33,212 nucleotides of DNA from a virus (Duplodnaviria > Caudoviricetes): positions 1-33,212 of IMG/VR virus record IMGVR_UViG_3300032233_000325; one strand, written 5' to 3'. Positions within the stretch are counted from its first letter, which is position 1, and each line of letters starts with the position of its first letter. Of this stretch, positions 7,429 to 15,028 are shown piece by piece. Both the position numbers and the translations under genes were made by a program. The notes beneath the pieces were generated by a model. The model made no database searches. It was not told the DNA's origin and worked only from the letters and a program-made list of their open reading frames with translations.

Positions 7429-9711
7429 GTGTTAGATTTTCTCACAAAATTAGCGCCAGAGGGCGAAACTTTTTTAATTGTGCGGCAAAAGCCACAACTA
7501 AAAGAGGGCGAGTATCAGTACCACGCCGACGGTGCGATCAAGTGTACGTGGCCTGCCATGCTACCCGACGCCAAGATTAAAGACGATTGGGCGATCTACG
7601 GCAACACCGCGTCGTTCATCGTTGACCGTTTCAGAGATGGCCACGTTAGCGCCAGCGCTGCCAACTGCGAGTACGTCCTTGTGATGGTCTTGGACGACGT
7701 GGGCACCAAAGCCACCGTACCGCCATTAGAGCCGACTTGGAAGATGGAAACGTCCGAAGGTTCGTTTCAGTGGGGTTACGTCTTTAATGAGCAGCCGACC
7801 AAGGCCGACTTCAGCGCCGCCATCATTGCAATTGCCGAAGCAGGGTACACCGACAAGGGCGCGATCAACGCCGTGCGTAATTTTCGTCTACCTGGCAGCG
7901 TCAACATCAAGCCCGACCGCAACGCTTTTAAGTCTGTTTTGCGTGAGTTTCATCCAGAGCGTGACTTTTCATTAGAGCAAATCTGCGAAGCCCTGAACGT
8001 AACGCCTGCCGCGTCGGTGGATGCCTACAAGCCGATCCGCATCTCAGATGACGGCACCGATGACGTGATGGTCTGGTTGTCTGAGCAGGGTCTGCTTTTA
8101 TCCCGCCCAAATCAAGAGGGCTGGGCTGGCGTGATTTGCCCCAACAGCGCGTCACACACCGACGGTAACCCCGAAGGCCGATATATGCCTGCGAACCGTG
8201 CGTATACCTGCCTGCACAGCCATTGCATTGACTTCGGCAGCCGCGCTTATCTGGATTGGGTTGCTGACAACGGTGGGCCAAAACACACACCTGGCCTGCG
8301 TGAGGAACTGCTTGCGGCTGTGATGGGCGCGGCGGTCAATAAAATCCAACCTACCGAAGCGTTCCCCGACGCGGCGGCGGCTGTGATCGCAGAGGTCGAG
8401 CGCAAAGAACTGCAACGGGTTGAGAAAGAAGGCTGGTACGAACGTTTCGCTTACCTGCAAGATGATGACGCTTTCTTTGACCTGATCGAACGCCATGAGG
8501 TGTCCCGCGCGTCGTTCAACGCCATCTTTCGCCATATCGCCTGCAACAGTTTGCATGGCAAGCGCCCTAAGATTGAGGCAGGCACCTGTTACGACGAAAA
8601 CCGCCAAAAGAAAGGCGCGCGTATCCTGAAGGGTGTCACCTACGCAGCAGGTGAATCTATCCTATGCTCGCGTGACGGCATTGTCTACGGTAACCGCTGG
8701 CGCGATGCGCGTCCGGTGGCAGTGGCAGGCAATATTAAGCCTTGGCTAGATCACGTCGAGCGCATGGTGCCTGACGAAAAAGAGCGCGCGCACGTCCTTG
8801 ACGTGATGGCGTTCAAATTGCAGAAGCCCCATATCAAGATCAACCACGCCGTCTTACATGGGGGAAACCCTGGCAGCGGTAAAGACACCATGTGGGCACC
8901 GTTCTTCTGGTCAATCGGTGGCAAAGCCTTGCGGAACGTGTCCCTAGTGCGTAACGAGGAGATCACGTCCCAATGGGGCTACGCCTTGGAGACTGAAGTT
9001 CTGGTCGTCAATGAATTGCGCCAGAACGAGGCGAGGGACAGACGGGCGTTAGAGAACACAATGAAGCCCCTAATCGCCGCGCCGCCTGAGTTCCTGTCGG
9101 TGCAGCGCAAAGGTCTTGCGCCTTACGATCTTGTCAACCGTCTGCAAATCATCGCGTTCTCGAATGAGCGCGTTGCCATCAACCTCCCGTCTGATGATCG
9201 CAGGTGGTTTGTCATCTGGTCGGACGCCCCCCGCATGAATGACGCAGACGGCGCGAAAATATGGGCGTGGCTTGAGTCCGGCGGTAAGAGCGCAGTCGCC
9301 GCGTGGCTTCACGCCCGTGACGTTGCCGCCTTCGCGCCTGGCGCCACGCCCATGCTGACAGAGGCCAAGGCCATTATGGTTGAGGCCGGTATGAGTGGCG
9401 CGGAATCCTTTTTAGTCGATCTCATGCGGAACCGTCTGGGTGAGTTTTCCAAAGGCGTTGTCGGTGCCCCTTGGCACGCCCTCTGCGACCGTTTGCAGGG
9501 GTCGGTGCAGGGTTCGGTGCGAATTGTGCAGCCTGCCCTTCTACACGCCTTAAAAGAAGCCGGATGGGTCGATATGGGGCGTCTGAAGTCCCGCCGCTTT
9601 GACAACAAGAAACACATCTTCGCCGCGCCAGACATGGCGACAATGCCAAAGTCCGACCTTCGGGACATGGTCGAGACCGCGCCGCCCTTGTCTGTGCGTC
9701 TGGTGAAATGA
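7429..9711 (+). CDS. Primase-helicase (RepB/AEP-like primase, Zn motif, DUF5906-like NTPase)
   Basis: GTG start after AAGGAG. VLDDVG, ETSEGSFQWGY and FRLPG primase motifs; CPxxxxH...CxHxHC; Walker A GNPGSGKDT; Walker B VVNE; DDRRW. Confidence 0.87.
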   Translation: MLDFLTKLAPEGETFLIVRQKPQLKEGEYQYHADGAIKCTWPAMLPDAKIKDDWAIYGNTASFIVDRFRDGHVSASAANCEYVLVMVLDDVGTKATVPPLEPTWKMETSEGSFQWGYVFNEQPTKADFSAAIIAIAEAGYTDKGAINAVRNFRLPGSVNIKPDRNAFKSVLREFHPERDFSLEQICEALNVTPAASVDAYKPIRISDDGTDDVMVWLSEQGLLLSRPNQEGWAGVICPNSASHTDGNPEGRYMPANRAYTCLHSHCIDFGSRAYLDWVADNGGPKHTPGLREELLAAVMGAAVNKIQPTEAFPDAAAAVIAEVERKELQRVEKEGWYERFAYLQDDDAFFDLIERHEVSRASFNAIFRHIACNSLHGKRPKIEAGTCYDENRQKKGARILKGVTYAAGESILCSRDGIVYGNRWRDARPVAVAGNIKPWLDHVERMVPDEKERAHVLDVMAFKLQKPHIKINHAVLHGGNPGSGKDTMWAPFFWSIGGKALRNVSLVRNEEITSQWGYALETEVLVVNELRQNEARDRRALENTMKPLIAAPPEFLSVQRKGLAPYDLVNRLQIIAFSNERVAINLPSDDRRWFVIWSDAPRMNDADGAKIWAWLESGGKSAVAAWLHARDVAAFAPGATPMLTEAKAIMVEAGMSGAESFLVDLMRNRLGEFSKGVVGAPWHALCDRLQGSVQGSVRIVQPALLHALKEAGWVDMGRLKSRRFDNKKHIFAAPDMATMPKSDLRDMVETAPPLSVRLVK

Positions 9712-9738
9712 AGAAAGCCCCGTGAGGGGCTTTTTTTA
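9711..9738. terminator. Bidirectional Rho-independent terminator
   Basis: AAAGCCCC-GTGA-GGGGCTTT followed by a T-run and preceded by an A-rich run, between convergent operons. Confidence 0.85.
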
Positions 9739-9795
9739 TAGGTCTAAAACTGCCGCAAGTAGGGCGGCGAGAAGTAAGGCGAGCGCAACAGTCAT
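9736..9795 (-). CDS. Putative 19-aa hydrophobic peptide
   Basis: MTVALALLLAALLAAVLDL. It has an ATGA overlap with the upstream ORF, an AGGTG RBS, and its stop abuts the terminator. Confidence 0.45.
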   Translation of the reverse strand: MTVALALLLAALLAAVLDL

Positions 9796-9929
9796 AATTC
9801 ACCTATTGCGTGGTCAGTCATGCCGCCGTTGCCTGTACCCAGTTTTTCATACGCGCGCATGGCTTCCTCGTAGGTGGGATATGTGCCGACAATCGCGTCT
9901 GTTTCTTTGTTGAATATTGCGTAGGTCAT
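9792..9929 (-). CDS. Hypothetical protein (45 aa, not in ORF track)
   Basis: MTYAIFNKETDAIVGTYPTYEEAMRAYEKLGTGNGGMTDHAIGEL, with ATGA overlaps at both ends. Confidence 0.65.
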   Translation of the reverse strand: MTYAIFNKETDAIVGTYPTYEEAMRAYEKLGTGNGGMTDHAIGEL

Positions 9930-10135
9930 AGGAGGCGGCTTGCGTTTATGGTTTGATTCGCTATTGTTTGCGGGTCGCCGTTTTCAATCGCTTGTATCAA
10001 GTCAGAAAGCGCGCCCCGTAATTGCGCGGTGGTGCGTTGAAGGTCGTCAATCGTGCCAAACAGTTCGGCGGTGTTGGTAAAGCCTTCAGCGTGTGCGAGG
10101 CGTTCGCGTTCTTCATAAGTGAGTCTGTTTAGCAT
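9926..10135 (-). CDS. Hypothetical coiled-coil protein (69 aa)
   Basis: Start MLNRLTYEERERLA at 10135, after a strong GAGGAGG RBS. Confidence 0.7.
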   Translation of the reverse strand: MLNRLTYEERERLAHAEGFTNTAELFGTIDDLQRTTAQLRGALSDLIQAIENGDPQTIANQTINASRLL

Positions 10136-10296
10136 GGTGCGACCTCCTCGATTGATTCCATAAACCAATCAGCGCTTTTATAGTCGCCGTTGCCTAATTC
10201 CTTCCACGCCGCGTCCTCTGCTTCGTCTTGGGTTTCCGCGTCCACCGTCACATTGACATAAGAAACGCGCTTCAGTTCAATTTGGTAAGTTTTCAT
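10129..10296 (-). CDS. Small acidic protein, DpnD/PcfM-like (55 aa, not in ORF track)
   Basis: MKTYQIELKRVSYVNVTVDAETQDEAEDAAWKEL... has the K-Y-x-I ... V-x-A-x-x-x-x-E-A pattern. GGAG RBS and ATGA overlap. Confidence 0.65.
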   Translation of the reverse strand: MKTYQIELKRVSYVNVTVDAETQDEAEDAAWKELGNGDYKSADWFMESIEEVAPC

Positions 10297-10892
10297 AGTT
10301 TGCTCCATTGGTTAGACATAGCATCTGCGATGCCTTGATAAGTTTCGCTTCTGATTTTCCATCTGTCCGCGCTTGGCGGCAGTTTGTTCTGTCCTGAGTC
10401 CGTCTGATTGCCCCACCTTTTGCGCCCATCGACCAGACGCGGGGCGATGTGCTTGGTCGGCGTTAGAGGCGGTAAACCCTTCAGCCAAAGACAAGTCGCC
10501 TTACTCGCGTTATGCCCAAACTGGTGGGGCTGAATCGTCTGGTCGGGTTTCCTAATGCGCGTACTGATGCACCCGATGGGATTTTCCAAGGCAATACGGG
10601 CGATGGGCGCGTCCAGTAGCTGACGCACAAAGTCGAGCGCGCCCTCAGTCTGTTGCGCCCTCTCCGGTCTGCGCTTGTTCCAATGCAAGCCACTGGCGCA
10701 AAGGAACGTACACGGCGGGTGGGCAATCATCAAATCCCACCCATGATCGAGGATGTCCAAGACATCGCATTGGTAGTGATCGCCCAAGGGCGACTCACTT
10801 GGCAGAATGTCGCACGATGCGGCGTAGTGCCCTGCGCGTCTAAACGCATCCCGCACTACGCCGCTGTACTCACAAGCGACTAAGACACGCAT
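10293..10892 (-). CDS. Short DNA cytosine (C5) methyltransferase-like protein
   Basis: Motif I-like VLVACEYSG, catalytic motif IV AHPPC, motif VI LENP, then QPHQFG. Only 199 aa. Confidence 0.75.
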   Translation of the reverse strand: MRVLVACEYSGVVRDAFRRAGHYAASCDILPSESPLGDHYQCDVLDILDHGWDLMIAHPPCTFLCASGLHWNKRRPERAQQTEGALDFVRQLLDAPIARIALENPIGCISTRIRKPDQTIQPHQFGHNASKATCLWLKGLPPLTPTKHIAPRLVDGRKRWGNQTDSGQNKLPPSADRWKIRSETYQGIADAMSNQWSKL

Positions 10893-11038
10893 GGGTATAA
10901 CTCCATAAGCAAAGAGGCGACCTCAGTGGTCGTCATGTTGTCAAATTCGCGCAGGTCGCCCGTGGCGGCTTTGACTGCCTCCAGTGAGGCCACTCCAAGG
11001 CGATGCAATTCAATCAGTTCATGTTGGATGTCGTTCAT
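10880..11038 (-). CDS. Hypothetical protein (52 aa)
   Basis: Start MNDIQHELIEL at 11038 after an AAGGGG RBS. Confidence 0.6.
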   Translation of the reverse strand: MNDIQHELIELHRLGVASLEAVKAATGDLREFDNMTTTEVASLLMELYPCVS

Positions 11039-11048
11039 GTTGTACCCC

Positions 11049-11339
11049 TTAACGTAATTCACGGGCGGGGATGTATCCATGCTCTTGCATGAATTCATCA
11101 ACGGTTAAATATCGGGCGCGGTAACTGTCGCCAAACTTGGTAAAACAAGCGTAAACCGCGCGCCCGTCTGCGTTGTGGTGGTCAGCCTCCCCGACTAAAA
11201 AGTTGCGCCCTATCATCTTTTCAGGGGGCAACACTTCCAACATATCCCAATACATTTTTTCAGTGGTCGGTATCCAAGCATCTGGTGTGGTTTTCATGGC
11301 GTCCCAAAGGGGTGCCCATTCAAGGGTTGTTTCAGTCAT
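11049..11339 (-). CDS. Hypothetical protein, possibly DUF1419-like
   Basis: W...YWDMLEVLPP...FLVGE resembles DUF1419 as I recall it; not verified. Confidence 0.6.
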   Translation of the reverse strand: MTETTLEWAPLWDAMKTTPDAWIPTTEKMYWDMLEVLPPEKMIGRNFLVGEADHHNADGRAVYACFTKFGDSYRARYLTVDEFMQEHGYIPARELR

Positions 11340-11348
11340 GGTGTGCTT

Positions 11349-11489
11349 TCAGAATGTGAGGATGTCAAAATAAGCCAAGGCGCAGATAGTCAAGGCGGCG
11401 GCGTAGGCAAGGACTGCGAGGATGTCCATCGCCGCCGCGCGGCGTTTTTCGAGGGCTTCTTGCGTGGGTTTGTATGTGTAGCGGTGCAT
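11349..11489 (-). CDS. Small membrane protein (46 aa, not in ORF track)
   Basis: MHRYTYKPTQEALEKRRAAAMDILAVLAYAAALTICALAYFDILTF: basic N-terminus, one C-terminal hydrophobic helix, AAGGAG RBS. Confidence 0.65.
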   Translation of the reverse strand: MHRYTYKPTQEALEKRRAAAMDILAVLAYAAALTICALAYFDILTF

Positions 11490-11492
11490 GGT

Positions 11493-11669
11493 TTATTCTC
11501 CTTCGGTTGTAATCTCTAGCGGGGTGTTTTCAGTCACTTCAATACGCAAGTACCGCGCACCCTCAAAGATTTCTATTACTTCGTATTCAACCCCCGCATC
11601 ATCGAGCAAGGTATACAGTTCTGTTGGTGTCATTTCATCGCTCCATTTATACAAATCTGTTGGTGTCAT
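11493..11669 (-). CDS. Small acidic protein with duplicated N-terminus (58 aa, not in ORF track)
   Basis: MTPTDLYKWSDEMTPTELYTLLDDAGVEYEVIEIFEGARYLRIEVTENTPLEITTEGE, after a GGAG RBS. Confidence 0.65.
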   Translation of the reverse strand: MTPTDLYKWSDEMTPTELYTLLDDAGVEYEVIEIFEGARYLRIEVTENTPLEITTEGE

Positions 11670-11684
11670 TGTGTTCTCCGTTAA

Positions 11685-11834
11685 TTAAGCGTAGCCGCAT
11701 TGTTCGGCGTCATATTGTTCTAAAGCGCTTTTCTTAGTCCGAAAATGTCCAAAGTAAACGTAAGCGCGAGAGTCGGATTTTTTAGCCCAACAGTTGTACC
11801 CGTAAGCCGTTTTTTCCCATCTAAATTTGATCAT
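11685..11834 (-). CDS. Hypothetical protein (49 aa, not in ORF track)
   Basis: MIKFRWEKTAYGYNCWAKKSDSRAYVYFGHFRTKKSALEQYDAEQCGYA, with an AAGGAG RBS and ATGA overlap. Confidence 0.65.
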   Translation of the reverse strand: MIKFRWEKTAYGYNCWAKKSDSRAYVYFGHFRTKKSALEQYDAEQCGYA

Positions 11835-12052
11835 GCTGTTACTCCTTTGCTTGTCAGTTGTTTAATAGCCAGATCACGCATCGACCAACAATCACGATTT
11901 GCCCAATATTGCAGATCATCGTCATCCTCAACAATGCGCGCTACTTCGCGCAAAATATCTAAGTTGTACCAGTTGTCTTCAAGTCTTGGAAACTGGTAAA
12001 AAATCCATTTATCAAAGAAAGCCATGTATTCGTTATGGGTCATTGTGGGCAT
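11831..12052 (-). CDS. Hypothetical protein, first gene of the leftward cluster
   Basis: ORF track entry; TGGAG RBS at 12061-12065 on the complement. Confidence 0.7.
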   Translation of the reverse strand: MPTMTHNEYMAFFDKWIFYQFPRLEDNWYNLDILREVARIVEDDDDLQYWANRDCWSMRDLAIKQLTSKGVTA

Positions 12053-12084
12053 TGTGGATACTCCATTAAGTTGTTGAGGATTCC

Positions 12085-12115
12085 ATTGTTACATATTCTT
12101 TTACACTACTGTCAA
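12085..12115 (-). promoter_or_regulatory. Leftward sigma70-like promoter of the early gene cluster
   Basis: Perfect TTGACA (complement of 12110-12115), then TGTAACAAT. The -10 match is imperfect and the spacer is 18-19 nt. Confidence 0.55.
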
Positions 12116-12142
12116 CACCCACAAAAATACCCGACAAAACTA

Positions 12143-12532
12143 TGTGGTTATTCGCCAGGCGACGCGACATTGACTTTTGTGGATTGTTTGGATAGCGCGT
12201 GGACTATATAAATAGCGAGCGTGACCCACGCTGCAAACCACGCCGAACATAGGGGCAAGTAGCTTTGTGGATATTGTGGACTATTGATGTTTATCTGAGA
12301 AAAAAACAACTGCTTAAAAAATAGGCAAAAGGGGTAGAGCAATTTGAAACGCACGCCCAAACTGTCCACAGTGTCCACACTTTGCCCCGACGCATTTTGC
12401 CCACGCAAACAGGTGCGGACATTGTGGACAATGACCTAATGACCTAATGCCTTGCGTTATTGACTGTCCACAATGTCCACATGGTTTTTGCATGGGCTTG
12501 TGGCTTTGTGTGGACAGTCTGCATAGTCCACA
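12143..12532. repeat. Array of ~14 9-bp TGTGGA(C/T)NN repeats in tandem pairs and both orientations
   Basis: Forward copies at 12143, 12178, 12187, 12198, 12266, 12275, 12414, 12423, 12509. Reverse copies at 12362, 12371, 12464, 12473, 12524. Several copies are degenerate. Confidence 0.9.
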
Positions 12533-12596
12533 GCATTTTGCTCGAGGGGGAGGGGGTAGGGCCGACAGCGAAGGGCCAGCTGTAACGGAGCGTTTG

Positions 12597-12625
12597 CAGA
12601 CAATTTTTATTTTTTAATTTATACT
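12597..12625 (+). promoter_or_regulatory. Putative promoter of the late/packaging operon
   Basis: CAGACA (12597-12602), 17 nt T-rich spacer, TATACT (12620-12625), about 30 nt upstream of the terS ATG. Confidence 0.5.
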
Positions 12626-12655
12626 GGCGGCACGCATTCACGCGGCCATACAACT

Positions 12656-13111
12656 ATGAGTTTCCATTCACTGCCACTTATCATCAACGAGATACGCGCC
12701 ACTGAGGCGGTGCTTAACCGCATCTATGACGCCGCCAAACTCGGATTGAAGGGCGACAACTTAGCCTTTGCGGCAGGGATGTTGCCTAAAGCCTATCGTC
12801 AGTTGTGCGAGATGGACCCTGTGGCCGAGTTGGCCGAACATAAAGGCCGCGCTGATGGAGAGATGCGCGCATCTAAGCAATTGCACAAGGCATCTGACCA
12901 GGGCGACGCTAAAGCTACTCTGGCCATTCTGCAAAACGTCCACGGCTGGGTGGCCAAGCAGTCCCTCACGGTTGACGTCAATCAGCAGATCAGCATCCTT
13001 GGCGCACTGGCCGAAGCCGAACGACGCGCGCAAGACGTCGTAGACGTCATAGCGCACGAACCATCACTCACACTACAAGTCCAAAATGCAAAGCACCAAG
13101 TACAGCGCTGA
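12656..13111 (+). CDS. terS: Putative terminase small subunit
   Basis: 151-aa helical protein immediately upstream of and overlapping terL. N-terminal HTH-like segment and C-terminal beta-like VDVNQQISI. Assigned mainly by synteny. Confidence 0.7.
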   Translation: MSFHSLPLIINEIRATEAVLNRIYDAAKLGLKGDNLAFAAGMLPKAYRQLCEMDPVAELAEHKGRADGEMRASKQLHKASDQGDAKATLAILQNVHGWVAKQSLTVDVNQQISILGALAEAERRAQDVVDVIAHEPSLTLQVQNAKHQVQR

Positions 13112-14615
13112 AGACGAACAAGAACTGATGGCGCGGTTATGGGCACCGCAGTACAAGGACAACCCACTGGCGTTTGTAAAGTTCATATTTCCGTGGTCGG
13201 TTAAGGGCACACCGCTGGAGAACTTTGAAGGGCCGCGCAAATGGCAGCGCGAAGTGCTGCAAACCATCACAGACCACATCAAAGCCAACAAGGGTGAAGT
13301 TGACTTTGACACGCTACGCCAAGCTGTCTCAAGCGGACGGGGTATTGGCAAGTCGGCGCTGGTCTCATGGATCGTGATCTGGATGCTGTCCACCAGAATC
13401 GGCTCGACAACCATCGTGTCGGCTAACAGTGAATCTCAATTGCGCTCTATCACATGGGCCGAGATTACCAAGTGGCTGGCGATGTCGCTCAACTCGCATT
13501 GGTTTGAAGTCAGCGCGACCAGGTTGATGCCTGCTAAGTGGCTGACCGAACTGGTCGAGCGTGATCTGAAGAAAGGCACACGCTACTGGGGCGTTGAAGG
13601 GCGGCTGTGGTCGGCTGAGAATCCAGACGCCTACGCGGGGGTACACAACTTTGATGGGGTGTTGGTGGTGTTCGACGAAGCGTCAGGTATCGACGACTCG
13701 ATCTGGGCGGTGACGGCTGGCTTCTTTACGGAGAACACACCCAACCGGTTCTGGCTGGCGTTCAGCAACCCACGGCGCAACACGGGGTACTTCTACGAAA
13801 CATTCCACAGCAAACGGGAGTTCTGGAAAACAAAGGTGGTGGACGCCCGAACGGTGGAAGGGACGGACAAACAGGTCTATCAGCAAATCATCGACGAATA
13901 TGGGCCGGACTCCGCGCAGTCGCACGTCGAGGTGTATGGTGAATTCCCTAACGCGGGGGATGATCAGTTCATCTCCAGCTTGGTGGTAGACGACGCGATG
14001 AAACGGGAGAAGTACAAAGACCCGTCAGCGCCCATAGTGATCGGGGTAGACCCCGCACGGTTTGGCGCGGACGCAACAGTGCTGGCGGTCAGGCAAGGGC
14101 GGGACATTGTGAAGATCATCCGGCACAGGGGCGACGACACCATGACGGTGGTTGGGCATGTGATCGAAGCGATTGAGGAATGGAAACCCGCGATGGTGTT
14201 CATTGACGAAGGTGGACTGGGCGCGGGGATCGTGGACCGGTTGAAGGAACAGCGGTTTAAGATCAAGGGTGTCAACTTCGGTTGGAAGTCTAGGAACCCT
14301 GCAATGTATGGCAACATGAGGGCGCAAATTTGGGGCGATATGCGTGAATGGCTTAAAAGCGCCAGCATTCCAAACGACAGGTTCTTGAAAACTGATTTGA
14401 TTTCGCCTATGATGAAGCCGGACTCCAAAGGCTCGATATTCTTGGAGTCCAAAAAAGACATGAAAGCGCGCGGATTGGCGTCACCCGACGCTGCGGATGC
14501 GATAGCGCTGACGTTCTCGTACCCCGTGGCCAGCCGTGGGGAGTACAATTTAAAAACAGAGCGCCGCGTGTCTTCTGATCGCGGCATGGTTTCAACCAGT
14601 TGGATGGGAAGTTAA
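13086..14615 (+). CDS. terL: Terminase large subunit
   Basis: WQ motif, Walker A SGRGIGKS, Walker B VVFDEA, coupling motif SNP, RNase H-like GVDPARFGAD, C-terminal SPDAADA. Confidence 0.95.
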   Translation: MQSTKYSAEDEQELMARLWAPQYKDNPLAFVKFIFPWSVKGTPLENFEGPRKWQREVLQTITDHIKANKGEVDFDTLRQAVSSGRGIGKSALVSWIVIWMLSTRIGSTTIVSANSESQLRSITWAEITKWLAMSLNSHWFEVSATRLMPAKWLTELVERDLKKGTRYWGVEGRLWSAENPDAYAGVHNFDGVLVVFDEASGIDDSIWAVTAGFFTENTPNRFWLAFSNPRRNTGYFYETFHSKREFWKTKVVDARTVEGTDKQVYQQIIDEYGPDSAQSHVEVYGEFPNAGDDQFISSLVVDDAMKREKYKDPSAPIVIGVDPARFGADATVLAVRQGRDIVKIIRHRGDDTMTVVGHVIEAIEEWKPAMVFIDEGGLGAGIVDRLKEQRFKIKGVNFGWKSRNPAMYGNMRAQIWGDMREWLKSASIPNDRFLKTDLISPMMKPDSKGSIFLESKKDMKARGLASPDAADAIALTFSYPVASRGEYNLKTERRVSSDRGMVSTSWMGS

Positions 14616-14870
14616 ATGAAAAAGTCTGTTTCATTATCTGTCGGGCGCGGTGAGAAGTTGCCGGTGTCTAAGGGCGCGGGTTTGACGGCCAAAGGGCGCG
14701 AGAAGTACAACGCGGCCACGGGTTCAAACTTGAAAGCGCCAGCGCCTAATCCAAAGACCAAGGCAGATCAAGGCCGCAAGGATTCATTTTGTGCAAGAAT
14801 GGGTGCGGTAGCCGCCAACGCCAAAGATGGCGAACGCGCTAAAGCTGCCCTTAAACGATGGAAGTGCTGA
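14616..14870 (+). CDS. Small basic phage protein
   Basis: Lys/Arg/Gly-rich 84 aa with GLTAKGR...SFCARM...WKC; starts directly after the terL stop. Confidence 0.75.
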   Translation: MKKSVSLSVGRGEKLPVSKGAGLTAKGREKYNAATGSNLKAPAPNPKTKADQGRKDSFCARMGAVAANAKDGERAKAALKRWKC

Positions 14871-14872
14871 TC

Positions 14873-15028
14873 ATGGCGACTAAACAGGGGCTTTATGCCA
14901 ATATTCATGCTAAACAACAACGAATTGCTGCTGGGTCTAAAGAGAAGATGCGAAGCCCTGGTGATAAGGGTGCGCCAACTGCCAAAGACTTTAAAGACTC
15001 TGCTAAAACGGCTAAGAAAGGAAAGTGA
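14873..15028 (+). CDS. Small basic protein (51 aa, not in ORF track)
   Basis: MATKQGLYANIHAKQQRIAAGSKEKMRSPGDKGAPTAKDFKDSAKTAKKGK. Confidence 0.7.
   Translation: MATKQGLYANIHAKQQRIAAGSKEKMRSPGDKGAPTAKDFKDSAKTAKKGK

Noticed and set aside
12143-12532. Repeat array as a mini-CRISPR
   Set aside because: Units are only 9 bp, occur in both orientations and have irregular spacing.
12148-12653. ORFs 12148-12408 and 12444-12653 on the minus strand
   Set aside because: They lack clear RBSs and their translations (VDTVDS, MWTLWT) simply mirror the DNA repeats; the region is more likely non-coding.
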